Assembly: GCA_002269645.1 (NCBI GenBank)
Contig: NIVC01001499.1
Span: 1 to 64,000 of the forward strand
Source of the DNA: Macrostomum lignano
Lineage: Eukaryota
DNA length: 64,000 bases
Reading direction: 5' to 3'
Shown in pieces: positions 48,058 through 61,400 of this stretch. The notes under the pieces are model-generated. The model saw only the letters and a list, made by a program, of their open reading frames with translations. It searched no databases and was not told the origin of the DNA. Made by a program: the position numbers and the translations under genes. Position 1 is the first letter of the stretch; each line of letters starts with the position of its first letter.

Positions 48058-51000
48058 ATGGCAGAGTTGCCAGAGTCAGTTGCCAATGCAGATTCTGCGG
48101 ATCTGTACGCTTGTTTGGGAATTTCCCCGGATGCAAGTCAAGCTGATATTGCCACGGCCTACAGGTGCGAAATTGTTTATTCGTAGTTTTGATAATAATT
48201 AGTAATCTGTTATAATGGAATGATGCCATATTAAATAATACTGTTAAGTAGTTGGTGATGATTTGTCTGTTTTTTATTTCCATCACGTAACAAATAACGC
48301 CATCCTGATTTTATTTACTTACATATTTGATTACGTCATTGTGATTTTATCCACTTGCTTTATCGATGACGTCATTGAGTTTTCATCTAATTACATAATA
48401 GATGACGTCATCGTGATTTTATTCAGTTACGTAATAGTGATTTCATCCAGTCACGTGATAAACTAAATTGTGTTTTCATTCAATTACATAATAGACGACG
48501 TAATTGTGGTTTCATTCGATTACGTAATAGATGACGTGATTGTGGTTTCATCCGATTACGTAATAGATGACGTAATTGTAGTTTCATCCGATTACGTAAT
48601 AGATGACGTAATTTTAATTGAAAACATTGCATAATAGATGACGTCATCACCCCAAATCCAGGCGGCTCTCCAGAATAGTCCATCCGGACAAGCGAATCGC
48701 CTCCTCCTCCGCCGGAGATGCCTCCAGTTCGGCCAGTACGGACGCGGGCGACGCCGCTTATCAGCGAATTCGTCGAGCCTATGACGTTCTGCGCGACTCT
48801 GAAACTCGACGAATCTATGACGAGTTTGGTCTGGAAGGCCTTCGGGCTCTAACAGACGGCGCCGTGGTGCTGCGTGGTCGCGGCGTGGCCGAACTCCGCG
48901 AGGAGCTGGTCCAGCTTCGCCGACTAAGAGAGGAGGCTGCAGTGATGAAGCTGACACAGCCGGCCACACAGCTAACGGTGGGATTGAACTGTTCGTCAGT
49001 GTTCAGCCCGATTGAGGAGGACCAACCAAAAGGCATTTATCTGGAGCGACTGTCCTTCTCGCAAAATACTAGCTTTATTGTGAGTTGCTTGACCCAATGG
49101 GATTCTCAACTCATTCTTGACCCCCCTGTTTGACCCAGTCCGATTTTTGACCCACCTGTTTGACCCAATAAGATTCTTGACCCACTTGTTTGACCCTATC
49201 CGATTCTTGACCCACCTGTTTGACCAAGTCCGACCCACTTGTTTGACCAATCGATTATTGACCCACTTGTTTGACCCAATCAGATTCTTGACCCATATGC
49301 TTGACACAATGAAATTCTTGACCCATCAGGTGACCCAATGAGATTCTTGACCCATCAGCTTGACCCAGTGAGATTCTTGACCGATCAGGTGACCCAATGA
49401 GATTCTTGACTTATCAGCTTGATCCAATGAACTGTTTGGCTTGGCTCAGTGAGATTCTTGACGCACCAGCTTGAACCAGTGAGATTCTTGACCCACCTGT
49501 TTGAACCAATCCGATTATTGACCCACCTGTTTCAATCCGATTATTGACCCACTTGTTTGAACCAATCCGATTCTTGACCCACTTGTTTGACGCAATGAGA
49601 TTCTTGACCCAAAAGCTTGACCCAGTGAGATTGTTGACCCATCAGTTTGACCCAATCCGATTCTTGACCAACCTGTTTGATTTACATTCTTGACCATCAG
49701 CTTGACCCAATAAGATTTTTGACCTGACCTATCAGCTTGACCCACTGAGATTCTTGACCCATCAGCTTGACACAATAATATTCTTGACCCATCAGCTTGA
49801 CACAATGATATTCTTGACCCATCAGCTTGACACAATGATATTCTTGATCATCAGCTTGACCCAACGAGATTCTTGATCATCAGCTTGACCCAGTGAGATT
49901 CTTGACCGATCAGGTGACCCAATGATATTCTTGACCCATCAGCTTGACACAATGAGATTCTTGATCATCAGCTTGACCCAACGAGATTCTCGACCCATTA
50001 GCTTGACCCAGTGAGATGCTTGACCCAATAAGATTCTTGACTCAAAAGCTTGACCCAAATCCGACCTTACAACCTACCCACCCTGAATTTCAGCTGACAC
50101 CAAAGCACCGATTAGTCCTAGCCGGTTCCCTAGGCAACATGGGTCGAACCTACGTGCCCACCGTGTCATTAACAATGCGATCGCAGCTCACTGACAAGCT
50201 CAGCTCTGATGTCACGTTGGGATTAAACTACTTGCCTACAGCTGCTGGCAAGTTAACATATCGGTTGTCGCCAAATTTATTGGCTTCAGTGCGAGCGGAG
50301 GTGACCTCTATGCAGGGCGGCACTCTGGTGCCGAAGCTCACGCCATCGCTTTCGTGTCAGATCAGTCCAAAGTGCGTTGGCACACTGTCTTACGCTTGGA
50401 ATTCTCCTAATAAAGGCGCCAGAGCTGAAGTGCTGTGGCAGGCTGCCGAGGGTTTTCACGGCAAAGCGGCTTTGTTTCTGGCACCTAACGATGCTGGAGG
50501 CCAGGTGAGAAGCAGAGATGAAGAATAAATGTGGCTTTTTAACAAAGATTTAAATAGATTAAAATATTAATCTATTAAAAAGATTATAAAGAATAAAATA
50601 TATTTAAATATTTAATATTAGCATTACGTACGAATTATGTACGATCAGAAGAAACAGACTCAAATATTCAACATACTCGAATACAATAAAGACAGATTCA
50701 CGAACATTATAGAACAAAGAGTTAAACATCATCGAACAAAGAGTTCAACATCATAGAACAAAGAGTTCAACATCATAGAACAAAGAGTTCAACATCATAG
50801 AACAAAGAGTTCAACATCATAGAACAAAGAGTCAAACATTAGCAAGCACAGAACCAACTGGATTACTAAACAAAGACTCAAATGCATTGACAAACAAAGA
50901 CTCAAATACATTAGCATACAACGACTCAAACATTAACAAACAGACTTAAATAATTTACATTAACAGACTCAAATACATTAGCAAACAAAGACCCAAACAG

Positions 51001-52644
51001 AACAGTAGAAATAAGACAAATTCTGCACTTTATCTCCCTGTACTTTAAGCTCTCCTGCACTCGAGAAGTTGGCGATCTGCGCATGGGTGTCTCGTGCCAA
51101 CTAACGCTAAAAGAGCTTTGGTCTCTGCGCTACCACTTGGCCCAGAAGGTGTCCGAATACAGCGAGGCCGGCATGTCCATTCGGGTTGGCCCCAACGTTG
51201 GCGTCAGACTCAAACTCAGTCTGAGCAGAGGCAATCAAGTCTACGCTATGCCTATAGTCCTGTCCGAGTGGATGGACCCGGCCGCCATAGTTTATGGCAC
51301 CGCTGTGCCTCTGCTAGCCTATGCTGTTGTGTACAAATGCATCTATGCTCCTTGGCTGGCTAAATTTCAGGTGAGACTCATGCATAACTCGCTAGACCCT
51401 CCCCTGTCACCCTCCGCTAGACCCTCCCCTGTCACCCTCTGCTAGACCCTCTCCTGTCACCCTCCGCTAGACCCTCCCCCGTCACCCTCCGCTAGACCCT
51501 CTCCTGTCACCCTCCGCTAGACCCTCCCCTGCCACCCTCCGCTAGACCCTCCCCAGTCACCCTCCGCTAGACCCTCCCCAGTCACCCTCCGCTAGACCCT
51601 CCCCTGTCACCCTCCGCTAGACCCTCCCCTGTCACCCTCCGCTAGACCCTCTCCTGTCACCCTCCGCTAGACCCTCCCCTGTCACCCTCCGCTAGACCCT
51701 CCCCTGTCATCCTCCGCTAGACCCTCTCCTGTCACCCTCCGCTAGACCCTCCCCTGTCACCCTCCGCTAGACCCTCCCCTGTCACCCTCCGCTAGACCCT
51801 CCCCTGTCACCCTCCGCTAGACCCTCTCCTGTCACCCTCCGCTAGACCCTCCCCTGTCACCCTCCGCTAGACCCTCCCCTGTCACCCTCCGCTAGACCCT
51901 CTCCTGTCACCCTCCGCTAGACCCTCCCCTGTCACCCTCCGCTGGACCCCCCAGTCTCTGTTCTGTCACCCTGCGCTAGACCCTCCAGCCTCTGTTCTGT
52001 CACCCTCCGCCAGACCCTCCAGCCTCTGTTCTGTCACCCTCCGCTAGACCCTCCAGCCTCTGTTCTGTCACCCTCCGCTAGACTCTCCAGCCTCTGTTCT
52101 GTCACCCTCTCCCTAGCAACTGTCTTTCAGTCTTTAACCCCCCGTCCCCCAACCCCTCTCTCTCCAGCAGCAGTCCCGCAGTCAGCAGTCGGACACCGAA
52201 GCCTCAGGCCGCGCGGCTCGCCAAGCCGAGGCCCTGTCAGCCCAGTCTCTGATGCGCCAGTCTGCTCAAAACTCTCGCGAATCAGAGCGCAGTCGTGGCG
52301 GCCTAGTTATCGATCGAGCAGTCTACGGTTACCTAGCAACTAATGAGGCTGATCAACAGTTGCCGTCAGACTCTTCGTCATCAGTCATTGACGTCACCGA
52401 CTGTTTGCAAATCCTTGTCGATCAGTCGCATTTGGAGATTCCAGCCTCTTTGACTAAAGCCGATTTGCCGGGATTCTACGATCCAGCGCCGCCGCCGTCT
52501 TCTTCAACATCGTCATCGACAGGTGCCGCTAGCGCCACCCGACACCTGTTGATCCGGTACACCTTCAACGGGACGGCGCATTCTGTGCTGTTAGGCGACG
52601 GAGATTCTGTCCGATTGCCGCAGAGAAGGCACGCCGTAGCTTAA
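48058..52644 (+). CDS. DNAJC11: DnaJ homolog subfamily C member 11
   Basis: Phase-consistent exons 48058-48164, 48662-49079, 50094-50504, 51050-51370, 52168-52644. J domain (LYACLG...AYRRLSRIVHPDK...RAYDVL..R.IYDEFG), LSLSRGNQVYAMPIVLS, and C-terminal DUF3395-type GLVIDRAVYG...IDVT...LPGFYDP...LLIRYTF. Confidence 0.93.
48280..48645 (+). repeat. ~36-bp repeat ATAGATGACGT...TTTCATCCGATTACGTA in DNAJC11 intron 1
   Basis: Diverged direct units. Confidence 0.85.
49095..50065 (+). repeat. ~30-bp TTGACCC-based minisatellite filling DNAJC11 intron 2
   Basis: Units such as TTGACCCAATGAGATTCTTGACCCATCAGC. Confidence 0.92.
50690..50995 (+). repeat. 22-bp repeat AAAGAGTTCAACATCATAGAAC in DNAJC11 intron 3
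   Basis: A few near-perfect units with degenerate flanking units. Confidence 0.85.
51390..52110 (+). repeat. 25-bp minisatellite CCCTCCGCTAGACCCTCCCCTGTCA filling DNAJC11 intron 4
   Basis: Direct tandem units. Confidence 0.95.
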
Positions 52645-52779
52645 GTAATCGGTTTGAGTATTGTCTGGTCCCTTTGATCGGTTTCTGTCTTGTCTTTGTC
52701 TGTCTCTGCTGCCTCGTTTCCTGTGGCTCCGCTACTTTCTGTCAGTGCGGCTTCACTACTTTTATCGTTATCTCTTCAT

Positions 52780-53590
52780 TTCTCCCCTCTCCTTCTTCCT
52801 CTCCCTCTGCCTCTGCCTCTCCTCCCTCCCTCTACCTCTACCTCTCCCTCTAACTCTCCCTCTTCCTCTCCCCCTGCCTCTCCTCCCTGTCCCTCTACCT
52901 CTCCCTCTACCTCTCCCTCTACCTCTCCCTCTACCTCTCCCTCTCCCTCTCCCTCTACCTCTACCTCTCCTTCTCTCTCTCCCTCTACCTCTCCCTCTCC
53001 CTCTCCTTCTCTCTCTCCCTCTCCCTCTACCTCTCCCTCTCCTTCTACCTCTCCTTCTCTCTCTCCCTCTCCCTCTACCTCTCCTTCTCTCTCTCCCTCT
53101 CCCTCTACCTCTCCCTCTCCCTCTACCTCTCCCTCTCCCTCTACCTCTCCTTCTCCCTCTCCCTCTACCTCTACCTCTGCCTCTTCCTCTCCCTCTGCCT
53201 CTTCCTCTCCCCCTGCCTCTCCTCCCTCTCCCTCTCCTCCCTCTCCCTCTGCCTCTCCTCCCTCCCTCTGCCTCTCCTCCCTCCCTCTACCTCTCCCTCT
53301 TCCTCTCCCCTTGCCTCTACTCCCTCCCTCTCCTCCCTCCCTCTGCCTCTCCTCCCTCCCTCTACCTCTCCCTCTTCCTCTCCCCTTGCCTCTACTCCCT
53401 CCCTCTCCCTCTCCCCACCGTCCCTCTCTTTCCCTCTCCCCTCTCCGTTCCCCTCTCCTTCTCTTTCCCCCTCTCCGTCGTCTCTCTTCTGTCCCCTTTC
53501 CCTCCCACCTACAATCTCCCCCTCTCTGTCCCCTGCCCCCTCCTCTCTCTAATATCCCCAGCTCATCGCCTCTCCTATTCCCCTCTACTC
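52780..53590 (+). repeat. ~800-bp polypyrimidine (CTCTCC/CTCTAC)n low-complexity tract
   Basis: Almost purely C/T on the + strand, downstream of the DNAJC11 stop. Confidence 0.95.
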
Positions 53591-54249
53591 CCTCCTAGCA
53601 ATTCAAAGGCAGTTAGTAACACGGCTAAAGCTGGAGCCAACTTGCCCGTATTTTATTCCTAGTGCTAATCAATGATTCCGAGTAAAAAAGACCACGCATG
53701 AAAACATTCAAAATTTTTACTATCAATTTCGCTAGCGATACTGTGTGAGCCGTGAGTTTTACCTGATCTTAGTCCACTTGAAATGCCCCCCCACCCTTTC
53801 AACAGCCTGTTTTCGCAGTACAGTCTTCCCAGAGAGTCAACAGACGCAATATACTTCAGTATACATATGAAGTCGAATTGTTACTGTTTGCCTTTTTCAC
53901 TTTGCACAAAAATTAGAAGAAAAAAAACTGCTTTTTTGCGCCAGTGTTTTCACAAGCTACACCTCTTGACATGCGAATTTAGCTATCAAAATTAGAATTG
54001 CTCAACAATCTGTTCAGTGACACGTTAAATATATATTTAGCTAACTTATGTCAAATGAAAATTCATGCTTTCACAAGCAGCAGATGACAAAATTATGCAA
54101 TTTGTTGTCGCATATGATTTTAGACTGAAATATTTTTGGACTTTTTGGCATGGTTTTTAGTTTATTTTGGTGTAACGTCTTTAGATTTTTAGCGGAATGA
54201 ATTTAAATGACGATTAATTGGCTCGTATTTTGTAAAAATGATAAGCTTA

Positions 54250-55335
54250 CAGCATAGGGGCGCCAAAGCTACAGCATAAGGGCGCCAAAGCTACAGCAAG
54301 GGGGCGCCAAGGCAGTAAGAAAGCGCCAAAGCAACAGCATAGGGGCGCCAAAGCTACAGCATAAGGGCGCCAAAGCAACAGCAAGGGGGCGCCAAGGCAG
54401 TAAGAAAGCGCCAAAGCAACAGCATAGGGGCGCCAAAGCTACAGCATAAGGGCGCCAAAGCAACAGCAAGGGGGCGCCAAGGCAGTAAGAAAGCGCCAAA
54501 GCAACAGCATAGGGGCGCCAAAGCTACAGCATAAGGGCGCCAAAGCAACAGCAAGGGGGCGCCAAGGCAGTAAGAAAGCGCCAAAGCAACAGCATAGGGG
54601 CGCCAAAGCTACAGAATAAGGGCGCCAAAGCAACAGCAAGGGGGCGCCAAAGCAACAGCAAGGGGGCGCCAAAGCTACAGCAAGGGAGCGCCAAGGCAGT
54701 AAGAAAGCGCCAAAGCAACAGCAAGGGAGCGCCAAGGCAGTAAGAAAGCGCCAAAGCTACAGCATAGGGGCGCCAAAGCTACAGCATGGGGGCGCCAAAG
54801 CTACAGCAAGGGGGCGCCAAAGCAACAGCAAGGGGGCGCCAAAGCAACAGCAAGGGGGCGCCAAAGCTACAGCAAGGGAGCGCCAAGGCAGTAAGAAAGC
54901 GCCAAAGCTACAGCATGGGGGCGCCAAAGCTACAGCATGGGGGCGCCAAAGCAACAGCATAGGGGCGCCAAAGCTACAGCAAGGGGGCGCCAAAGCTACA
55001 GCATAAGGGCGCCAAAGCAACAGCATGAGGGTGCCAAAGCTACAGCATGGGGGCGCCAAAGCTACAGCATGGGGGCGCCAAAGCTACAGCATGGGGGCGC
55101 CAAAGTTAAAGCTATGGGCGCCAAAGCTACAGCAAGGGGCGCCAAAGCTACAGCAAGGGGCGCCAAAGCTACAGCAAGGGGGCGCCAAAGCAACAGCATG
55201 GGGGCGCCAAAGCTAAAGCTATGGGCGCCAAAGCTACAGCAAGGGGGCGCCAAAGCAACAGCATGGGGGCGCCAAATCTAAAGCTATGGGCGCCAAAGCT
55301 ACAGCAAGGGGCGCCAAAGCTACAGCACAGGAGCG
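54250..55335 (+). repeat. ~22-bp GGCGCCAAAGCTACAGCA minisatellite with an 85-bp higher-order unit
   Basis: Artefact ORFs with the same sequence recur at 85-bp offsets (54269, 54354, 54439, 54524). Confidence 0.95.
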
Positions 55336-55416
55336 CCATACACTTCTGAATACAGTGACTTTGACATGTGTTACTAAAAATACAGCAATTAAAATCCGTA
55401 AAGAAGGAAAATTTGA

Positions 55417-58400
55417 TCAAAACCGCCTACTAAATCGGAGCGTATGCTTTTCCGGCACTCGAATCAGCGACAATCGACCCTCTAGTAGTTTCTCTCGATC
55501 TCCATAGCAACAATCCGATCCTAGTTCTACTCGGTATCGCCTCATCAGGTTGGCAAAGATCAGGAAGATCTCCTGACGAGCTAGGCCTTCGCCTAGGCAA
55601 GCCCTGCGTCCGATCATGAACGGAATGAGATAGCGGCTAGGCTGATATCGGCCATCATTGTCCAGGAAATGACCGGGATGAAAACCTTGCGGATGGCTCC
55701 AGTGCCTCTCGCTGTGGTGTACAGCATAGGCTAAAGGCATCAGAGCTGCGTCCTTTGGAATCAGATAGCCGCGCAGTTCTGCGTCCCGAGTTGCCCGGTG
55801 GAATGTTCCATTGCTAGACAGGGAGACCCGTCTGTAGCACTCGTCTATGACCGCCTGAGTGTAGTGAAGCGAGTCACGGTCGTCTAGACAGATTTCCTCG
55901 GCGCTTTTGTTGGTGTCTTGATTGCGGTGAATAAGCTGGTCGAGCTCTTGTTGGACCTTGGACTGAGAGCAGGGTTTTTAGCGGCCGAGTACGTTATTTT
56001 GTTTGGAACTTATCGCACATTTCTCTAACAGGTGGCACTATCCCCTGTCTAACAGGTGGCACTATCCCCTATCTAACAGGTGTGACACTATCCCCTGTCT
56101 AACAGGTGTGACCCAATCCCCTGTCTAACAGGTGTGACACAATTCCCTGTCTAACAGGTGTGACACTATTCCCTGTCTAACAGGTGTGACACTATCCCCT
56201 GTCTAACAGGTGTGACACTATTCCCTGTCTAACAGGTGTGACACTATTCCCTGTCTAACAGGTGTGACACTATCCCCTGTCTAACAGGTGTGACACTATT
56301 CCCTGTCTAACAGGTGTGACACTATTCCCTGTCTAACAGGTGTGACACTATTCCCTGTCTAACAGGTGTGACACTATCCCCTGTCTAACAGGTGTGACAC
56401 TATCCCCTGTCTAACAGGTGTGACACTATCCCCTATCTAACAGGTGTGACACTATCCCCTATCTAACAGGTGTGACACTATCCCCTATCTAACAGGTGTG
56501 ACACCATCCCCTGTCTAACAGGTGTGACACTATCCCCTGTCTAACAGGTGACACTATCCCCTGTCTAACAGGTGTGACACTATCCCCTGTCTAACAGGTG
56601 TGACACTATCCCCTATCTAACAGGTGTGACACTATCCCCTATCTAACAGGTGTGACACTATCCCCTGTCTAACAGGTGTGACACTATCCCCTGTCTAACA
56701 GGTGTGACACTATCCCCTGTCTAACAGGTGTGACACTATCCCCTGTCTAACAGGTGTGACACTATCCCCTATCTAACAGGTGTGACACTATCCCCTGTCT
56801 AACAGGTGTGACACTATCCCCTGTCTAACAGGTGTGACACTATCCCCTGTCTAACAGGTGTGACACTATCCCCTGTCTAACAGGTGTGACACTATCCCCT
56901 ATCTAACAGGTGTGACACTATCCCCTATCTAACAGGTGTGACACTATCCCCTATCTAACAGGTGTGACACTATCCCCTGTCTAACAGGTGTGACACTATC
57001 CCCTGTCTAACAGGTGTGACACTATCCCCTGTCTAACAGGTGTGACACTATCCCCTGTCTAACAGGTGACACTATCCCCTGTCTAACAGGTGTGACACTA
57101 TCCCCTATCTAACAGGTGTGACACTATCCCCTATCTAACAGGTGTGACACTATCCCCTGTCTAACAGGTGTGACACTATCCCCTGTCTAACAGGTGTGAC
57201 ACTATCCCCTGTCTAACAGGTGTGACACTATCCCTGTCTAACAGGTGTGACACTATCCCCTATCTAACAGGTGTGACACTATCCCCTATCTAACAGGTGT
57301 GACACTATCCCCTATCTAACAGGTGTGACACTATCCCCTATCTAACAGGTGTGACACTATCCCCTATCTAACAGGTGTGACACTATCCCCTGTCTAACAG
57401 GTGTGACACTATCCCCTGTCTAACAGGTGTGACACTATCCCCTGTCTAACAGGTGTGACACTATCCCCTGTCTAACAGGTGTGACACTATCCCCTATCTA
57501 ACAGGTGTGACACTATCCCTATCTAACAGGTGTGACACTATCCCCTATCTAACAGGTGTGACACTATCCCCTGTCTAACAGGTGTGACACTATCCCCTGT
57601 CTAACAGGTGTGACACTATCCCCTATCTAACAGGTGTGACACTATCCCCTATCTAACAGGTGTGACACTATCCCCTATCTAACAGGTGACACTATCCCCT
57701 GTCTAACAGGTGTGACACTATCCTCTATCTAACAGGTGTGACACTATCCCCTATCTAACAGGTGTGACACTATCCCCTATCTAACAGGTGTGACACCATC
57801 CCCTGTCTAACATGTGTGACACTATCCCCTGTCTAACAGGTGTGACACTATCCCCTGTCTAACAGGTGACACTATCCCCTGTCTAACAGATGTGACTCTA
57901 TCCCCTGTCTAACAGGTGTGACACTATCCCCTGTCTAACAGGTGACACTATCCCCTGTCTAACAGACGTGACTCTATCCCCTGTCTAACAGGTGTGACAC
58001 CATCCCCTGTCTAACAGGTGTGACACTATCCCCTGTCTAACAGACGTGACACTATCCCCTGTCTAACAGATGTGACACTATCCCCTGTCTAACAGGTGTG
58101 ACACTATTCCCTGTCTAACATGTGTGACACTATCCCCTGTCTGACAGGTGTGACACTATCCCCTGTCTAACAGGTGACACTATCCCCTGTCTAACAGACG
58201 TGACAATATCCCCATTCCCCTGTCTAACAGGTGTGACACTATCCCCTGTCTAACAGGTGACACTATCCCCTGTCTAACAGGTGTGACACTATCCCCTGTC
58301 TAACAGGTGTGACACTATCCCCTGTCTAACAGGTGTGACACTATCCCCTGTCTAACAGGTGACACTATCCTCTGTCTAACAGACGTGACAATATCCCCAT

Positions 58401-61400
58401 TCCCCTGTCTAACAGGTGTGACACTATCCCCTGTCTAACAGGTGTGACACTATCCCCTGTCTTACAGGTAAAATGCCACAGTATCATGAGTCTATCAGAC
58501 ACCCACCTGTTCATCCGGATAGGCAGCCATATACAACAGCAGCCACTCCAACGACCTTGCAGTAGTTGCTGTACCGCCAAAGAACAGCTCCATGCAGACT
58601 CGAACAATTTGAAAATCTGAATAGGTTTCAAAATCGCCAGCCGATTCGGCCTGAACTTTCGCCAAATTGTAAGCGTCTGTCAGGCATTGAGCCGGACTGC
58701 TTTTGGGTTGTTGGCAATTCAACAGCTGCCTTCGTTTGAGCACCTCGCCTTGTACAAATTGAAACATGATGTCAAATCGGGTCTATATCTCTTTAGCCGT
58801 TTTGGTCCAGTGAAAAATGTAGTCAATAAACGGGAATAACATTGGCAGCGGGTTCATCAGTCTGGAATGGGAAAACACAGAGAGACACTGATATGACTGT
58901 AGGCTGTTAGACAATTGATCGAACCTATCCAACACTTAGATAAAAAAATGAAGCTTGTTAGCCACGGAATGAAGCTTGTTGGACACGGAATGAAGCTTGT
59001 TAGACACCGAATAAAGCTTGTTAGACACGAAATGAAGCTTGTTAGACACGGAATGAAGCTTGTTAGACACGTAATGAAGCTTGTTAGACACGGAATGAAG
59101 CTTGTTAGACACGGAATGACGTCTGTTATACACGGAATGAAGCTTGTTAGACATGGAATGAAGCTTGTTAAACACGTAATGAAGCTTGTTAGACACGGAA
59201 TGACGTCCGTTATGCACGGAATGAAGCTTGTTAGACACGGAATGAAGCTTGTTAGACACGGAATGAAGTCTGTTAGACACGGAATGAAGCTTGTTAGACA
59301 CGGAATGAAGTCTGTTAGACACGGAATGAAGTCTGTTAGACACGGAATGAAGCTTGTTAGACACGGAATGAAGTCTGTTAGACACGGAATGAAGCTTGTT
59401 AGACACGGAATGACGTCCGTTATGCACGGAATGAAGCTTGTTAGACACGAAATAAACTTGTTAGACACGGAATGAAGTCTGTTAGACACGGAATGAAGCT
59501 TGTTAGACACGGAATGAAGTCTGTTAGACACGGAATGAAGCTTGTTAGACACGGAATGAAGTCTGTTAGACACGGAATGAAGCTTGTTAGACACGGAATG
59601 AAGTCTGTTAGACACGGAATGAAGCTTGTTAGACACGGAATGAAGTCTGTTAGACACGGAATGAAGCTTGTTAGACACGGAATAAAGCCTGTTAGACACG
59701 GAATGAAGCTTGTTAGACACGGAATGAAGTCTGTTAGACACGGAATGAAGCTTGTTAGACACGGAATGAAGTCTGTTAGACACGGAATGAAGCTTGTTAG
59801 ACACGGAATGAAGCTTGTTAGACACGGAATGAAGTCTGTTAGACACGGAATGAAGCTTGTTAGACACGGAATGAAGCTTGTTAGACACGGAATGAAGTCT
59901 GTTAGACACGGAATGAAGCTTGTTAGACACGGAATGAAGTCTGTTAGACACGGAATAAGGTTCGCTAGACACTTGTTATAACCTTTACAACATGATAGCT
60001 TGAAAATCTCAGGACACTAACTTGGTATACTCGTCGAAAGCTTTGAGATAATCTCGATAATTCTCATCATCATCCCGGTACACTTTGCCGAGCGTTAACT
60101 TGGAAATCACACTGTTCACAGCCGGGGTCAGCAGGTCAATGGTAGTGACCGGCTGGCAAGCTGCCGCCATCGAGTCCAACTTGACCATCATCCCGGCCAG
60201 TTCGTCCGAGATTTGTCTGGCCGATTCTGAGCGAGCAAATCCAATGCTTTTTAAATATCGCAAGCTGAAATTTCGCTGGTGGCTCCATTTCTCGCCTTCG
60301 GTGAACAGGATTCCGCAGCCGCGGGTCATTCTTCGGACGAATCTGGGGGGGGGGGCAGTGGGTTTGCTTGCCTTAGCTTGGTGCGTTCTACCTGTTAGAT
60401 AAGACACAATAAGTACCTGTTAGATAAGACACTATGTGTACCTGTTAGATAAGACACTATGTGTACCTGTTGGATAAGACACTATGTGTACCTGTTAGAT
60501 AAGACACTATGTGTACCTGTTAGATAAGACACTATGTGTACCTGTTAGATAAGACACTATGTGTATCTGTTAGATAAGACACTATGTGTACCTGTTAGAT
60601 AAGACACTATGTGTACCTGGTAGTTAAGACACTATGTGTACCTGTTAGATAAGACACTATGTACCTGTTAGACAAGAGGCTATGTACCTGTTAGATAAGA
60701 CACTATGTACCTGTTAGATAAGAGGCTATGTACCTGTTAGATAAGACACTATGTACCTGTTAGATAAGAGGCTATGTACCTGTTAGATAAGACACTATGT
60801 GTACCTGTTAGATACGACACTATGTACCTGTTAGATAAGACACTATGTGTACCAGTTAGATAAGACACTATCTAGCTGTTACAGCACACACTATCTACCT
60901 GTTACAGCACACACTATCTACCTGTTAGACAAGACACTATCTACCTGTTACAGCACACAGTATCTATCTGTAACAGCAGACACTATCTACCTGTTACAAC
61001 AGACACTATCTACCTGTTACAGCACACACTATCTACCTGTTAGACAAGACACTATCTACCTGTTACAGCACACAGTATCTATCTGTAACAGCAGACACTA
61101 TCTACCTGTTACAGCAGAAACTATCTACCTGTTACAGCAGACACTATCTACCTGTTACAGCAGATACTATCTACCTGTTACAGCACACACTATCTACCTG
61201 TTAGACAAGACACTATCTACCTGTTACAGCACACAGTATCTATCTGTAACAGCAGACACTATCTACCTGTTACAGCAGACACTAGCTATCTACCTGTTTC
61301 AGCACACACTATCTACCTGTTAGACTAGACACTATCTACCTGTTACAGCACACAGTATCTATCTGTAACAGCAGACACTATCTACCTGTTACAGCAGATA

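Noticed and set aside
52661-53662. 333-aa Leu-Pro and 302-aa Ser-Pro ORFs
   Set aside because: Artefacts of the CT-rich tract.
54269-55420. Hydrophobic APL/CC repeat ORFs
   Set aside because: Translations of the GGCGCC array.
56025-58470. CRISPR-like array (26-bp palindromic repeats); similar arrays at 42105-45065 and elsewhere
   Set aside because: Units abut without unique spacers, there are no cas genes, and the context is eukaryotic introns.
58857-59981. 371-aa (NKLHSVS)n and (MKLVRHG)n ORFs
   Set aside because: A 21-bp array inside CYP intron 2.
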